From the NCBI GenBank assembly GCA_944324105.1, contig CALUVA010000001.1:1-56161 (forward strand): a DNA stretch of 56,161 nt, read 5' to 3'. Of the stretch, positions 9,620 to 18,560 are shown piece by piece (position 1 is the stretch's first letter; the number at the start of each line of letters is the position of its first letter). The notes beneath the pieces are model-generated. The model searched no databases. It was not told the origin of the DNA and saw nothing but the letters and a program-made list of their open reading frames with translations. Source of the DNA: an uncultured Elusimicrobiales bacterium (GTDB lineage Bacteria > Elusimicrobiota > Elusimicrobia > Elusimicrobiales > Elusimicrobiaceae). The position numbers were made by a program, and so were the translations under genes.

Positions 9620-9945
9620 AATATATTACCAAATTATAACAAAAGAGGAGTTTTGTTTTAGCGTTTTTGACTATTCATATATTTGTTTTAAAGTTATCCA
9701 CAAAGTGTGGACAACCCTGTGGACAACCCGCCTTTTACTCTACAAATCCAGCCCAAAAAAGGCATTTAATCCCTTTTTTCTGTTGTTGTCCTTAAAAAAC
9801 TGTGGATAAGTAGCCAAAACTGTGGACAACTTCCTTTTTGTATAGGGAAAAAGCCCTCACATTGTTGAATATTCCGACGGAGACTTACTTTTTCTTTTTC
9901 TGAGGCCTTAAAAAGGCCTCTTTTAAAAAGCTGTTGACAAGTCTG
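9620..9945. promoter_or_regulatory. DnaA-box cluster with adjacent AT-rich tract (oriC-like or DnaA titration site)
   Basis: TTATCCACA 9694-9702; TGTGGACAA 9706-9714, 9718-9726, 9821-9829; TGTGGATAA 9801-9809; degenerate TGTTGACAA 9932-9940; AT-rich stretch 9620-9693. Confidence 0.7.
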
Positions 9946-9985
9946 TATTTTTTTATCTCGAAAACGCACAAAAGAGCTTTTTTGC

Positions 9986-10948
9986 TTATTTTTTCAGCTT
10001 GATTTTAGTTTGAAATTTCTTTTTGTCCACAAAACCGCTTATCTTGACTTTCCCAGCAACGGCGCCAGAGATGAGCTCCAGTTCACCTGCAGATGCATTC
10101 CAATTCAAATACGGCGGACTCATGCGCAAGGAAAGTGGAATATAATCATATTCCCGCCCGTTTTCCAGCCGCGCAGTCACAGACAGGACAGCTTTTTCAT
10201 CCGTTTTCAGAGAAATTTTATTCGGAACGACTTCACTGTAGAGCTTTTTTACCGCCAGCTCCCCCTCCGGGGCCAACAAATAGTCTAAATCCAACACATC
10301 AAAGAGATCTTGCGTACTTCCCAACACAGATACAAAATCAGGCCCATAAGACATTCCCATATCTTCCAGCGTCTGTTGCCATACGGCGGCTTGGGGCCGT
10401 TCTCCAGCCAGTAAAATGCGCAAAGACGGATCGGCCCCTGCCAAGGAGACGGGATCCGTTCCTCCGTTTAACACAACAGCACGAGTAAACACATTTTTCT
10501 TGGCCAGCAAAGCAGCCAAAGCTTTGGCACCAACCGCACCTACCGCGGCCACACCGCGTGCGGAAGGTTCATCCACCGTCGGATAATTGGTATCTATATA
10601 CGGTACCAGTTCACGCGAAAAAAACGTGGCTATTTTGTCTGTATCTGCCAGCTCTTTTTCGTCAAAATTTACCCCGACCAAAATAGCCTTCCTTACGGAT
10701 GAATCCAGTCTCTCCTGAGCAGCCTGGGCAGCCTGGGGACCGACGCCCAGCAAATAAATGACCGGATATTTTCCGCGCAACGGAACGGCGGGCTCCGGCA
10801 AGAAAACAGTCACTGTCTTCTCATTTCCTACAGAAGCGGAAGGAAAATTTAAAAAAGTTTCTCTCCCGGGATTAATCAGCATAAGCGGCTCACCGCATAC
10901 AGCAAGCACGGGTAACAACAAAAATACAAAAATTAAAATTTTTTTCAT
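9986..10948 (-). CDS. Exported esterase-like (alpha/beta hydrolase) protein, catalytic motif degenerate
   Basis: Start revised to ATG 10948 (MKKILIFVFLLLPVLAVC); TVFLP, YPVIYLL and ELVPYIDTNYPT match the Fes/putative esterase family; no GxSxG. Confidence 0.7.
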   Translation of the reverse strand: MKKILIFVFLLLPVLAVCGEPLMLINPGRETFLNFPSASVGNEKTVTVFLPEPAVPLRGKYPVIYLLGVGPQAAQAAQERLDSSVRKAILVGVNFDEKELADTDKIATFFSRELVPYIDTNYPTVDEPSARGVAAVGAVGAKALAALLAKKNVFTRAVVLNGGTDPVSLAGADPSLRILLAGERPQAAVWQQTLEDMGMSYGPDFVSVLGSTQDLFDVLDLDYLLAPEGELAVKKLYSEVVPNKISLKTDEKAVLSVTARLENGREYDYIPLSLRMSPPYLNWNASAGELELISGAVAGKVKISGFVDKKKFQTKIKLKK

Positions 10949-11154
10949 ACAGCTATTGTAACAAAAAACCCTGTCCTTTACACAGCATCGCCTGTTTTTC
11001 CCCCGCTTAAAAGGTCCGTCCTGCACGCAGAACCAACACCGGGGGCAGGCCCAACAAAAATCTGGGTCCAAAGGCCCTTGTTTTACCAGCTTCAAACCGC
11101 TAAAGTATATAAAACAGGGACAGCCCTCAGATTTTATTTATTTTGGAGACTTCT

Positions 11155-11319
11155 ATGACGAAAATTCATAATAACCTGCGTTTTTTGCTTGCTTTAGGCG
11201 GTAAAAGAGTAGTCGTCATGCAGGAAAATAATAACCTGCACGTATACAGTGACCATCATGCCGGGCGCAACGCTACTGTATCCGTAGAGCGTATTTCAGA
11301 AGCTGTAGCTGCCAAATAA
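11155..11319 (+). CDS. Small hypothetical protein (54 aa), not in the ORF track
   Basis: GGAG at 11145-11148, ATG 11155, MTKIHNNLRFLLALGGKRVVVMQENNNLHVYSDHHAGRNATVSVERISEAVAAK*. Confidence 0.5.
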   Translation: MTKIHNNLRFLLALGGKRVVVMQENNNLHVYSDHHAGRNATVSVERISEAVAAK

Positions 11320-11383
11320 CACCCTATATTGCATCCACGCGCAGCGACTGGCGGCACGGGCGGGCAAATGCTATAATGATAGC

Positions 11384-12427
11384 ATGAAAAAAGTTTGCCT
11401 TATTACCGTTTTTTGCGCCCTGTTCTTGGGCGTTGCGTCTTTTGCCGGGGCACAGCAGGATTTAACCAATATTCTGCCTCTTTTGGAAGCACAGACCCGC
11501 ACCGCTGCACAAAACCAGCAGGTGCTGAATTTATTTGTTTCTTCAGACGCTCCCAATACCGTTTTTGCGACGGGAGCCAGTTTGGTACGCATTCCCCCCT
11601 CACCGGCCCAGGAAGCGAAACTTCTTAATATTATTATCAAAGATAATGATGTATTAAAAAAAGTCTTTGCTGCCGTAATTTTAACAGCCATGGGCGGCAT
11701 GCATGAAGAATTATCCCCTTTATTGCAGGATGCGGCTTTAAGCCAGGACCACGCGGTGCGGTCTTATGCCGCCAGCGCCTATACAATTTTAAACCCGCAA
11801 ACCGACACCTATAAAAACGAAATCGTTAATTTGTACATTTACGATCCGGCTTTTGCCCAACGTGCCATGAATCTTCTGGCTGCCAACGAAAAACAAACGC
11901 TCAAATTTTTAAAAGAGGCTTCTAAATCCGAAGACGCCCAGGTACGCGCCGCAGCGGCGCAGTGGATGGGCAATCTGCAAAACGAAGAAGCTGCCAAACA
12001 GTTGTTGAAAATGGCAAAAACAGAAAAAGACCAACAGGTCATATCTGCCGTTGCATCCGCCCTCTCCAAAAACGGCCAATGGGCACAAAAAAATATCGCC
12101 GAGGGATTGAAAACCCGTTACACATCCCCAAAAGCTGCTACCTATGCACTGGCATTAGGATTTATGACCGGCAATGCTGTAGACATTATTAAACAGGGTC
12201 TTTCTTCCGAAAATACGAATATTCGCATAAATTCTGCCCGTGCAGCCGCCTATATGGCCGGTGTATTGGCCAGCCGCGACGCGGCCCTGTACACTCATGA
12301 CAAATCCTTTGATATACTGTTGCTCAAAGGACTGATTCCGCAGTTAAACGCCATGGTTAAAAAGGACAATTCGTCCGTCAAAGTGTATGCTGACAGCGCA
12401 CTGAAACAAATTTCCAAACTCATGTAA
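11384..12427 (+). CDS. Exported HEAT/ARM-repeat protein
   Basis: Signal peptide; repeated D..VR..AA..L-type helices (DHAVRSYAASAY, DAQVRAAAAQWM, NTNIRINSARAA). Confidence 0.8.
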   Translation: MKKVCLITVFCALFLGVASFAGAQQDLTNILPLLEAQTRTAAQNQQVLNLFVSSDAPNTVFATGASLVRIPPSPAQEAKLLNIIIKDNDVLKKVFAAVILTAMGGMHEELSPLLQDAALSQDHAVRSYAASAYTILNPQTDTYKNEIVNLYIYDPAFAQRAMNLLAANEKQTLKFLKEASKSEDAQVRAAAAQWMGNLQNEEAAKQLLKMAKTEKDQQVISAVASALSKNGQWAQKNIAEGLKTRYTSPKAATYALALGFMTGNAVDIIKQGLSSENTNIRINSARAAAYMAGVLASRDAALYTHDKSFDILLLKGLIPQLNAMVKKDNSSVKVYADSALKQISKLM

Positions 12428-12428
12428 T

Positions 12429-12845
12429 ATGAAAGTAAAAAAATTACATCCTGATGCTTTATTGCCCAGCCGCGCACACCCGACGGATTCGGGAGCGGAT
12501 TTGTTTGCGCTGGCGCGCACCGTCTTGCCGCCGCATGCCGTAACCAATGTGCATACCGGTATAGCCGTAGAATTACCGGAGGGAACTTCCGGCATTATTT
12601 GGGGCAAAAGCTCCGTAGAAAGCAAAGGTATAAAAGCCATGGCAGGGCTGGTGGACGCACCATACCGCGGAGAATTAATTGTATGCATGTTTAACCTAAA
12701 CGATACGGAATTTATTTTTGAAAAGGGACAAAAAGTAGCCCAGCTGGTAGTCCTGCCCACCCTATATCCTAATTTTGAAGAAGCCGAAGAACTATCCGAT
12801 ACGACACGAGGAATGGGCGGATTCGGCAGTACGGGGAGAAAATAA
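12429..12845 (+). CDS. dut: dUTP diphosphatase (trimeric)
   Basis: DSGADL, GLVDAPYRGEL, KVAQLV, RGMGGFGSTG motifs. Confidence 0.95.
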   Translation: MKVKKLHPDALLPSRAHPTDSGADLFALARTVLPPHAVTNVHTGIAVELPEGTSGIIWGKSSVESKGIKAMAGLVDAPYRGELIVCMFNLNDTEFIFEKGQKVAQLVVLPTLYPNFEEAEELSDTTRGMGGFGSTGRK

Positions 12846-12988
12846 AAATTTTTACACAAGTTCATCAATCCCCCGGACGAAAAACCCGGCGTGGGAAAAA
12901 GGCTCTCCCGGAAACTTATTTCTCTCTTCCTCTTTTAATACAACGGCAAACAGGCAACTGTTAATCTGCTTAGTTTTCAAACGCAAAT

Positions 12989-13017
12989 AAAAAACCCCCG
13001 TTCTTATGAACGGGGGT
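12989..13017 (-). terminator. Intrinsic terminator closing the minus-strand cluster
   Basis: acccccgttc-ttat-gaacgggggt with an A-tract on its left (U-tract on the minus strand). Confidence 0.85.
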
Positions 13018-13033
13018 AATTTGTTGATTTATT

Positions 13034-16000
13034 TCAGTATGAGGGAGTCATGTTCGTGGTATCAGCCAGGTAACGCGATCCGCACGGAATCTGGTCTCCA
13101 TTCGTCGGTTTAGCCGACAAGGCACCGTCTTGACACAATGCTTGAATGTAAAGTTTTACCTGTCCATAACTCATCGTACCTTCTAAATTACAAGACCCAC
13201 TCGTGGACAGCACATTATGATAAGCCTTTTTGTAAGCATTCCGATTCTGCTGATCCATGGATTGAGAAGGCTGAATTGCTCCTTCTGATCTATCCCATTC
13301 GCTTGCACGCACCCATCCGACAGCTTCAGCAATAGGCTTCAAGGGGAAATCTCGCCAAGGGCCCGATTGCAACTCTCGCTCAAACGGCTGACGATCATTC
13401 TGGAGAGTGCCGTGTGCATTATCATATTTAGTGTTTCCCGTAGGTTTCAAGTCTCCTAACGTTTTATGGTTCCAGTTGTAATGACCATAATGATAAGGCC
13501 TCATACCTTTTATAGTTTGACTGCCAGTCTTACAGCCTTTAAAGCGCAAATCCTCCTGCGCTTTGCTTTCCTCTCCTTCCGGTGCTCTCATCTGAGCCGG
13601 GAAAAACGAGGACTCCGGTCCCATATAGGCAGCAAACGTACCAAACATATTGTTTGCATTTTTAATTTGCGGATCTCTGGAGCCCACACCAATAGTCTTG
13701 CCCAACATACAGACCGCATTGAGAGGAATCTGGGCGTTATCATTACCGGCAGCTACAATGTCCATGGCATCCAACAGGTTAGCCACAGTTGCCCTATTAT
13801 CCGGAATTACCAGAGTACTGCCGTCCTGTTTGTGAGCATTATCATAGATGCTTTTTGCTTGCTGGAAAAGCTGCAGAGTATCGTCATCTACCGTCAACAA
13901 CTCTCGTTTTTCCACAAGACTCATTTCCTCGCACAAGCCAAAAGATGAAGTTCCCGGTCGAGAGGGATTAGTTCCCTTAGAGTTCAAGCGCCAATTCATG
14001 TCCAAACGCCACTGTGGCTCCTTCATGATATACTGAATTCGGCCGAAGAAATCCACTTTTTCCGCAGCCTGGGGGTTGCCACAATTGGGGTCCGTCTTAG
14101 TCCAGTTTCCCCACAGACGGTTATCTTGACATGTACGCTGATATTCACAACCGTCCTCCCCTGTTTTTGTCTGCGTGTCTCCAGGCGAACATTCCCCTGT
14201 CGGAGGAGGCTCTATAGTAACTGTTATACCCGCGGAATAGGTTTCCTCGTCCGTAGACAGCTTATTCTGGAAGTCCGCGCGCCACTTAGCAGTGATCTCT
14301 CCGCTTTCCACCCGGCTATTCAATGCAGCCAACTGTTCGCCACTAGGTTTAAACACAAAATGTGCCGTACCGCTGCTGACTGCTACCGGTTTGAGCCCAC
14401 TGACACTTAAACCCGTTTCCGGCACGTTCAGTGTTACACGGATACCTCCCGCATTTTTGCCGTGCACTCCCGGGTCAAATGTCAGATCCGCTTCCAAAAC
14501 ATCTACGGAGTCAATAGGCACTGCCGTTATGCGGAAAGTACTGAAAGCACAATATCCGCGAATGGCATTGGCTTTGCCTCCGGGCAACTGAGCATCACGC
14601 CGCTTTCCATCCGCTCCGAAAGCCTGAGAAGATTTAGCAAAAATACGCTCACTGTCTTTAAACGACTCTTTGTCTTTGGAGGTATTGCCTTTATGCAGAA
14701 CGTAATATGTCTCAAAGTCCACATATTTCAAAGGCAGCTCATCCACAGGCATATTCTTCACTTTAACGGTTTTGTATTTTCCGTTTCTTTTCAGTTTTTG
14801 CGTAGTGGCTTCATTGGCGCCTTTAGACATCTTTTGTTCAAAGGCATAACCTTCTATAAAATACAGGTTCAATGCGCCAAAAGCTTCTTCGGCAGACACA
14901 GGCTGCCCATTTTTGGTTAAGTTTAACTGACTTAACATCGCCATGGTTTTGGACTTAAAGTTATCCCAGTCAAATACGCCTCCTTCCGCCACGTAAATAA
15001 CGCAGGAATCGTTTACATCGTCCCGAACCAAACCTTCATTATACAGCCCTTTGTCCGTTACGCCCTGGGTGTTTTTGCTAACCGTTTGCTGAGCGCCGGC
15101 ACTCACCTCTCCCAGCGGAATGCTGTCCAATCCTGCTGCACTCTGGCGGTTGACATTGCGGTCTCCGCCTCCGCAAAGATAACGCGTACCATCATTGTCA
15201 AACGGCACATAGTTTTTGGCGATAACGGCATGATACTGATGCCATTTATTGGCTTTGCCGCTGGTCTGCAGTTCAAAGTTGTGCGTGGTGTCAAGAGCCT
15301 GACAACCGAAGCGGTCTGCCATTAAGGGTTCTCCGTTGTTTCTGTTACCTTTAACAGTAGCGCCTAAACAATAGGCTCTCTTGCCAAAGAAACCCAACTC
15401 TCCGCCGCCGCCTTTGGCATCTTCATAAGAGCAGCCGTATTCTTTGGCCTTGGGGTTTTTGTCGGGGTTACACATATCTTTCAGTTTGGCATCTTTTCCT
15501 AAAGGAGAACCGGGATTTAAAGCCGCCGTCAGCGCTTCCACGCTATCAAAGTTGCCCAAACCTTTACATTTACACACGGCTGGAGAATAACTGTCCCCGC
15601 TGGTGCCCCACATAGAGCCCATAGAACAATCGTCTTCACCCGTCAAAATACAACAAGCCAGACCTTTACCAAACGTAGCGGCCACTTCGGCCAGGGCTTT
15701 AATCAAAGGCTCCACCAGGTTTTTTCTCCACAGGAAATACTTCCATTCCCAGGCCTTTTGGGAACGTTCTTTCATCATGTCCCACCACCAGGGAGTAATG
15801 CCTTTGTAGTCCAGCGTGTGGGTAATCTGACCGCCGCCGCCCGGATTTCCGAACGCACCGCTGCCCAAGCCGCCGCCGGACACACCGCCGCTTCTGACAG
15901 GATTAAACAAAGCATCATTTAAGGCCTGCAACGCATTAGATTTGCCCATGGCCGCGCGAGAAGCACGCGCCTGAGCAGCTCCGCCCTGGCCAAAATACGA

Positions 16001-16696
16001 ACGGGACGGACTGTCTGCCGCACGCAGCGGTTGCAGGGATACCGGTTTAATACCCATGCGCGGGCCGCCGGAAGAATCCTGTCTGGCAGCGGCTTTCAAT
16101 CTTTCGCCACCGAAACGGAAGCCCTGACCGCCGCCGCCGCGCAAATTCAGCGAAGCATCCCCCAATTCATTAATTTTGGTGGGCGTACGCTGGAAAGCCG
16201 CACGAGTGGCAGCCGGCGCATAGGAACGCGCCGGAGCGGACGGGGTGGAATTATAATTGTCATCCAGCCCATCCTGGACACGCCAGTCTTCTATTTCGGC
16301 ATCACTGGGAACATCTTCTTCCCCGCCGCCGAAACCTTTAATCAAACTAATGGAATCGCGCCCTGTATATTGCGCAATTTGCCCCGCCGGATCTTCCACG
16401 CTGGGATCAAAGCCAAAGCGTTCGGGATCGAAAACGGAATCTTCCGATCCGGGAGGGATAATAATGCCCTCGTCAATGTTTCCGCTGTATTTATATAAAA
16501 ACGGAAGCATCAACAAAGCGGCTAACGCGGCAATGAAAAAGGGTGCGTCCCGCTTGGTACGCTCAAAAATAGTCTTTTTCGGTTTGCCGTTGCTGCCGAT
16601 TTTGGAGGACACACGTTTAGAGAACGGATTAAAAGCAGGCTTGCTGTTTTTAATCTTATCGCTGAACGTGAACGGTTCCTTCTTATTCTCAGCCAT
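13034..16696 (-). CDS. Large membrane-anchored hypothetical protein (1220 aa) with Cys-rich extracytoplasmic C-terminal region
   Basis: Basic N-tail, one TM (APFFIAALAALLMLPFLY), Gly-rich linker, many Cys; AGGAGG RBS. Confidence 0.85.
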   Translation of the reverse strand: MAENKKEPFTFSDKIKNSKPAFNPFSKRVSSKIGSNGKPKKTIFERTKRDAPFFIAALAALLMLPFLYKYSGNIDEGIIIPPGSEDSVFDPERFGFDPSVEDPAGQIAQYTGRDSISLIKGFGGGEEDVPSDAEIEDWRVQDGLDDNYNSTPSAPARSYAPAATRAAFQRTPTKINELGDASLNLRGGGGQGFRFGGERLKAAARQDSSGGPRMGIKPVSLQPLRAADSPSRSYFGQGGAAQARASRAAMGKSNALQALNDALFNPVRSGGVSGGGLGSGAFGNPGGGGQITHTLDYKGITPWWWDMMKERSQKAWEWKYFLWRKNLVEPLIKALAEVAATFGKGLACCILTGEDDCSMGSMWGTSGDSYSPAVCKCKGLGNFDSVEALTAALNPGSPLGKDAKLKDMCNPDKNPKAKEYGCSYEDAKGGGGELGFFGKRAYCLGATVKGNRNNGEPLMADRFGCQALDTTHNFELQTSGKANKWHQYHAVIAKNYVPFDNDGTRYLCGGGDRNVNRQSAAGLDSIPLGEVSAGAQQTVSKNTQGVTDKGLYNEGLVRDDVNDSCVIYVAEGGVFDWDNFKSKTMAMLSQLNLTKNGQPVSAEEAFGALNLYFIEGYAFEQKMSKGANEATTQKLKRNGKYKTVKVKNMPVDELPLKYVDFETYYVLHKGNTSKDKESFKDSERIFAKSSQAFGADGKRRDAQLPGGKANAIRGYCAFSTFRITAVPIDSVDVLEADLTFDPGVHGKNAGGIRVTLNVPETGLSVSGLKPVAVSSGTAHFVFKPSGEQLAALNSRVESGEITAKWRADFQNKLSTDEETYSAGITVTIEPPPTGECSPGDTQTKTGEDGCEYQRTCQDNRLWGNWTKTDPNCGNPQAAEKVDFFGRIQYIMKEPQWRLDMNWRLNSKGTNPSRPGTSSFGLCEEMSLVEKRELLTVDDDTLQLFQQAKSIYDNAHKQDGSTLVIPDNRATVANLLDAMDIVAAGNDNAQIPLNAVCMLGKTIGVGSRDPQIKNANNMFGTFAAYMGPESSFFPAQMRAPEGEESKAQEDLRFKGCKTGSQTIKGMRPYHYGHYNWNHKTLGDLKPTGNTKYDNAHGTLQNDRQPFERELQSGPWRDFPLKPIAEAVGWVRASEWDRSEGAIQPSQSMDQQNRNAYKKAYHNVLSTSGSCNLEGTMSYGQVKLYIQALCQDGALSAKPTNGDQIPCGSRYLADTTNMTPSY

Positions 16697-16799
16697 AACA
16701 GCCTCCTGTTGAGGTAATACTGCCTTCCGGCATATAAGCGCCGGATACTGCTGGGTCTTAACGGCCGCCCGGGCACATCAAGACCGGGTACTGCCACTG

Positions 16800-18263
16800 C
16801 TAAAATTCACTCTGCGGGAAGAAATCATTCCCGCCCGGCTCTTCACCGTTTATGGACAGATTAAAGCTGTCACGCACTTCATAATCTATATCGGAAGAAG
16901 CCTGCGCCAACTGTTCATCACGCAACGCCTTATCTTCTTCGGATAAATTCTCATACCCCGCACATATTTCATTATACGAACTTTCATAGCTGTCCAGCCG
17001 TGCCGTTTCACAGCGGCCGGATGTTACTTTTGCCCCGCAAAATGTTTTCATATTGTCATAAACAGCACTAACTTCCTTACAGGTTGCTTTTATATTTTTT
17101 AAATTGGCGCTCCACGTCTGCATATCTTCCCCACATTTCTTGGGCACATTACGCAGGGAAAGGATTAGAGAGGAGGCTTCCTGGGTTTTAGCCGACAAAT
17201 TTTGACTAGTTGTATTTGAGATTTCCCGGCATTGTTCTTCTTTTAAAAGCTGCTGGTTGGCACTTTCAAAGTTAGCCACCATTTCGCTTCCAGACATCAT
17301 CACGCCAGCCCCCTGACCGGAAGAATCATATACCTTTTTGGGCATTTCCATAGCCATATATCCCGCTGCGGCCAGCTGTTTCTTAAGCATCAATTGCGGG
17401 GCCTTATCCGCCGCCATAGACATCAGCCAGATAGTAGCCAAATCCCGCTGGGGTTTTTGTCCGGCCGTAAGCGTTCCGCTTAAATTGCTTAACGGAGCTG
17501 GAATAGAAGCGGCTTCCCGCAAAGCTTCCGTCATTTGGGAATTGCTGAGCAAAGAGGCTTTATCTACCGCCATAGCCAGCCAATCCGTCGCGGCGGCGCC
17601 GACAATACCAAACGAAGGAAGCAGAGCGACGGTATCAGACGAACCCCGCACTGTCGTATTTTGCGTACTTGCACGTGCAACAGCATCGGCATCCGTTCCA
17701 AAATACACTTCTTGTCCTCCTTTGGCTGCCGCATTGCGGCGGGCTTCCTCACTCCAGCCACTGACACGCACGGAAGATGTTTGGCTGTTCCCTCCGGCCA
17801 CTCCATATAAGCCATCGGCCTCCAGCCCCTGTGCGCGCCGAGCGGCATTAACCGCATCCAGGTCAAACAATCCTGAACGCGGGCCGGAAGCGCTAAATCC
17901 CTGCAGCTGTTCTCTGTCAAAGATCGATATTCCGCCGCCGTCTCCGCTCCAGCTGCCCGGACGGGAACGGCGCTCTTCGTCGCCAACCCACGTCAAGATC
18001 GTACGAAAAAAGCTCATTGACTGGGTATCCTGCGTGCTAAAACCCATTAACCACGATATATTACGCAACAGCGGTATACGTCCCACTGGTATTATAAATA
18101 TAATAGAAAACAGGAAAAAAACAAGGGCTAAAGCCACCAGCCAACGTTTTCGGTCCCAGCGCTTTTGTTCCCGTTCCCGCACGGCGGAAGACAATGGGGC
18201 AGGAGCTGTACCCTGCTCCGGTACTACCGCCATAGACGGTTTATTTTTTTCCTGTTCATTCAT
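16800..18263 (-). CDS. Membrane-anchored hypothetical protein (487 aa)
   Basis: TM WLVALALVFFLFSIIFIIPV; Cys-containing helical C-terminal region; GGAG RBS. Confidence 0.85.
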   Translation of the reverse strand: MNEQEKNKPSMAVVPEQGTAPAPLSSAVREREQKRWDRKRWLVALALVFFLFSIIFIIPVGRIPLLRNISWLMGFSTQDTQSMSFFRTILTWVGDEERRSRPGSWSGDGGGISIFDREQLQGFSASGPRSGLFDLDAVNAARRAQGLEADGLYGVAGGNSQTSSVRVSGWSEEARRNAAAKGGQEVYFGTDADAVARASTQNTTVRGSSDTVALLPSFGIVGAAATDWLAMAVDKASLLSNSQMTEALREAASIPAPLSNLSGTLTAGQKPQRDLATIWLMSMAADKAPQLMLKKQLAAAGYMAMEMPKKVYDSSGQGAGVMMSGSEMVANFESANQQLLKEEQCREISNTTSQNLSAKTQEASSLILSLRNVPKKCGEDMQTWSANLKNIKATCKEVSAVYDNMKTFCGAKVTSGRCETARLDSYESSYNEICAGYENLSEEDKALRDEQLAQASSDIDYEVRDSFNLSINGEEPGGNDFFPQSEF

Positions 18264-18275
18264 ATAAACTCTCCG

Positions 18276-18545
18276 TTACTGCACAGGCCGCCCGTCCAAA
18301 CCGATAACACGGCCCTGATTATACTTCCGGCGCAACTGTTGTTGCTGCATTTGTCGCTGCCACTGTTGCTGACGCTGCATCTGCTGTTCAGCAACCAACT
18401 GATGCGCTTTTAGATACTCAACTTCACGCCGGGCCTGTACATATTGTCCTCGGGTATACATATAGGCCGCTGCAAAACCGGCCAAAATACAGAGCAAGAC
18501 GGCCCACGCACATACCTTTATCAGCATATTATCTGTTTTTGCCAT
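18276..18545 (-). CDS. Small membrane-anchored Gln-rich protein (89 aa)
   Basis: TM helix followed by QQMQRQQQWQRQMQQQQ; GGAG RBS; fits tightly in the operon. Confidence 0.7.
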   Translation of the reverse strand: MAKTDNMLIKVCAWAVLLCILAGFAAAYMYTRGQYVQARREVEYLKAHQLVAEQQMQRQQQWQRQMQQQQLRRKYNQGRVIGLDGRPVQ

Positions 18546-18560
18546 ATTCTTCTCCGTATA

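Noticed and set aside
9694-9830. Repeated tgtgga(c/t)aa units as a CRISPR or iteron array
   Set aside because: Units are 9 bp with irregular spacing and match DnaA boxes; no cas or rep gene is present
9766-9969. 67-aa ORF across the DnaA-box region
   Set aside because: No RBS or recognisable motif; the region is better explained as non-coding DnaA-binding DNA
16522-16797. 91-aa ORF bridging the 487-aa and 1220-aa genes
   Set aside because: Overlaps the 1220-aa gene out of frame by about 175 nt, is Arg-rich with no RBS; a structured intergenic region fits better
17338-18267. Long plus-strand ORFs (also 25469..26311, 43154..44158 and similar)
   Set aside because: Antisense shadows of well-supported minus-strand genes, with no motifs or RBS
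18330-18400. CAG/CAA-rich tract as a contingency repeat
   Set aside because: Imperfect codon-level Gln repeat, not a pure slippage tract
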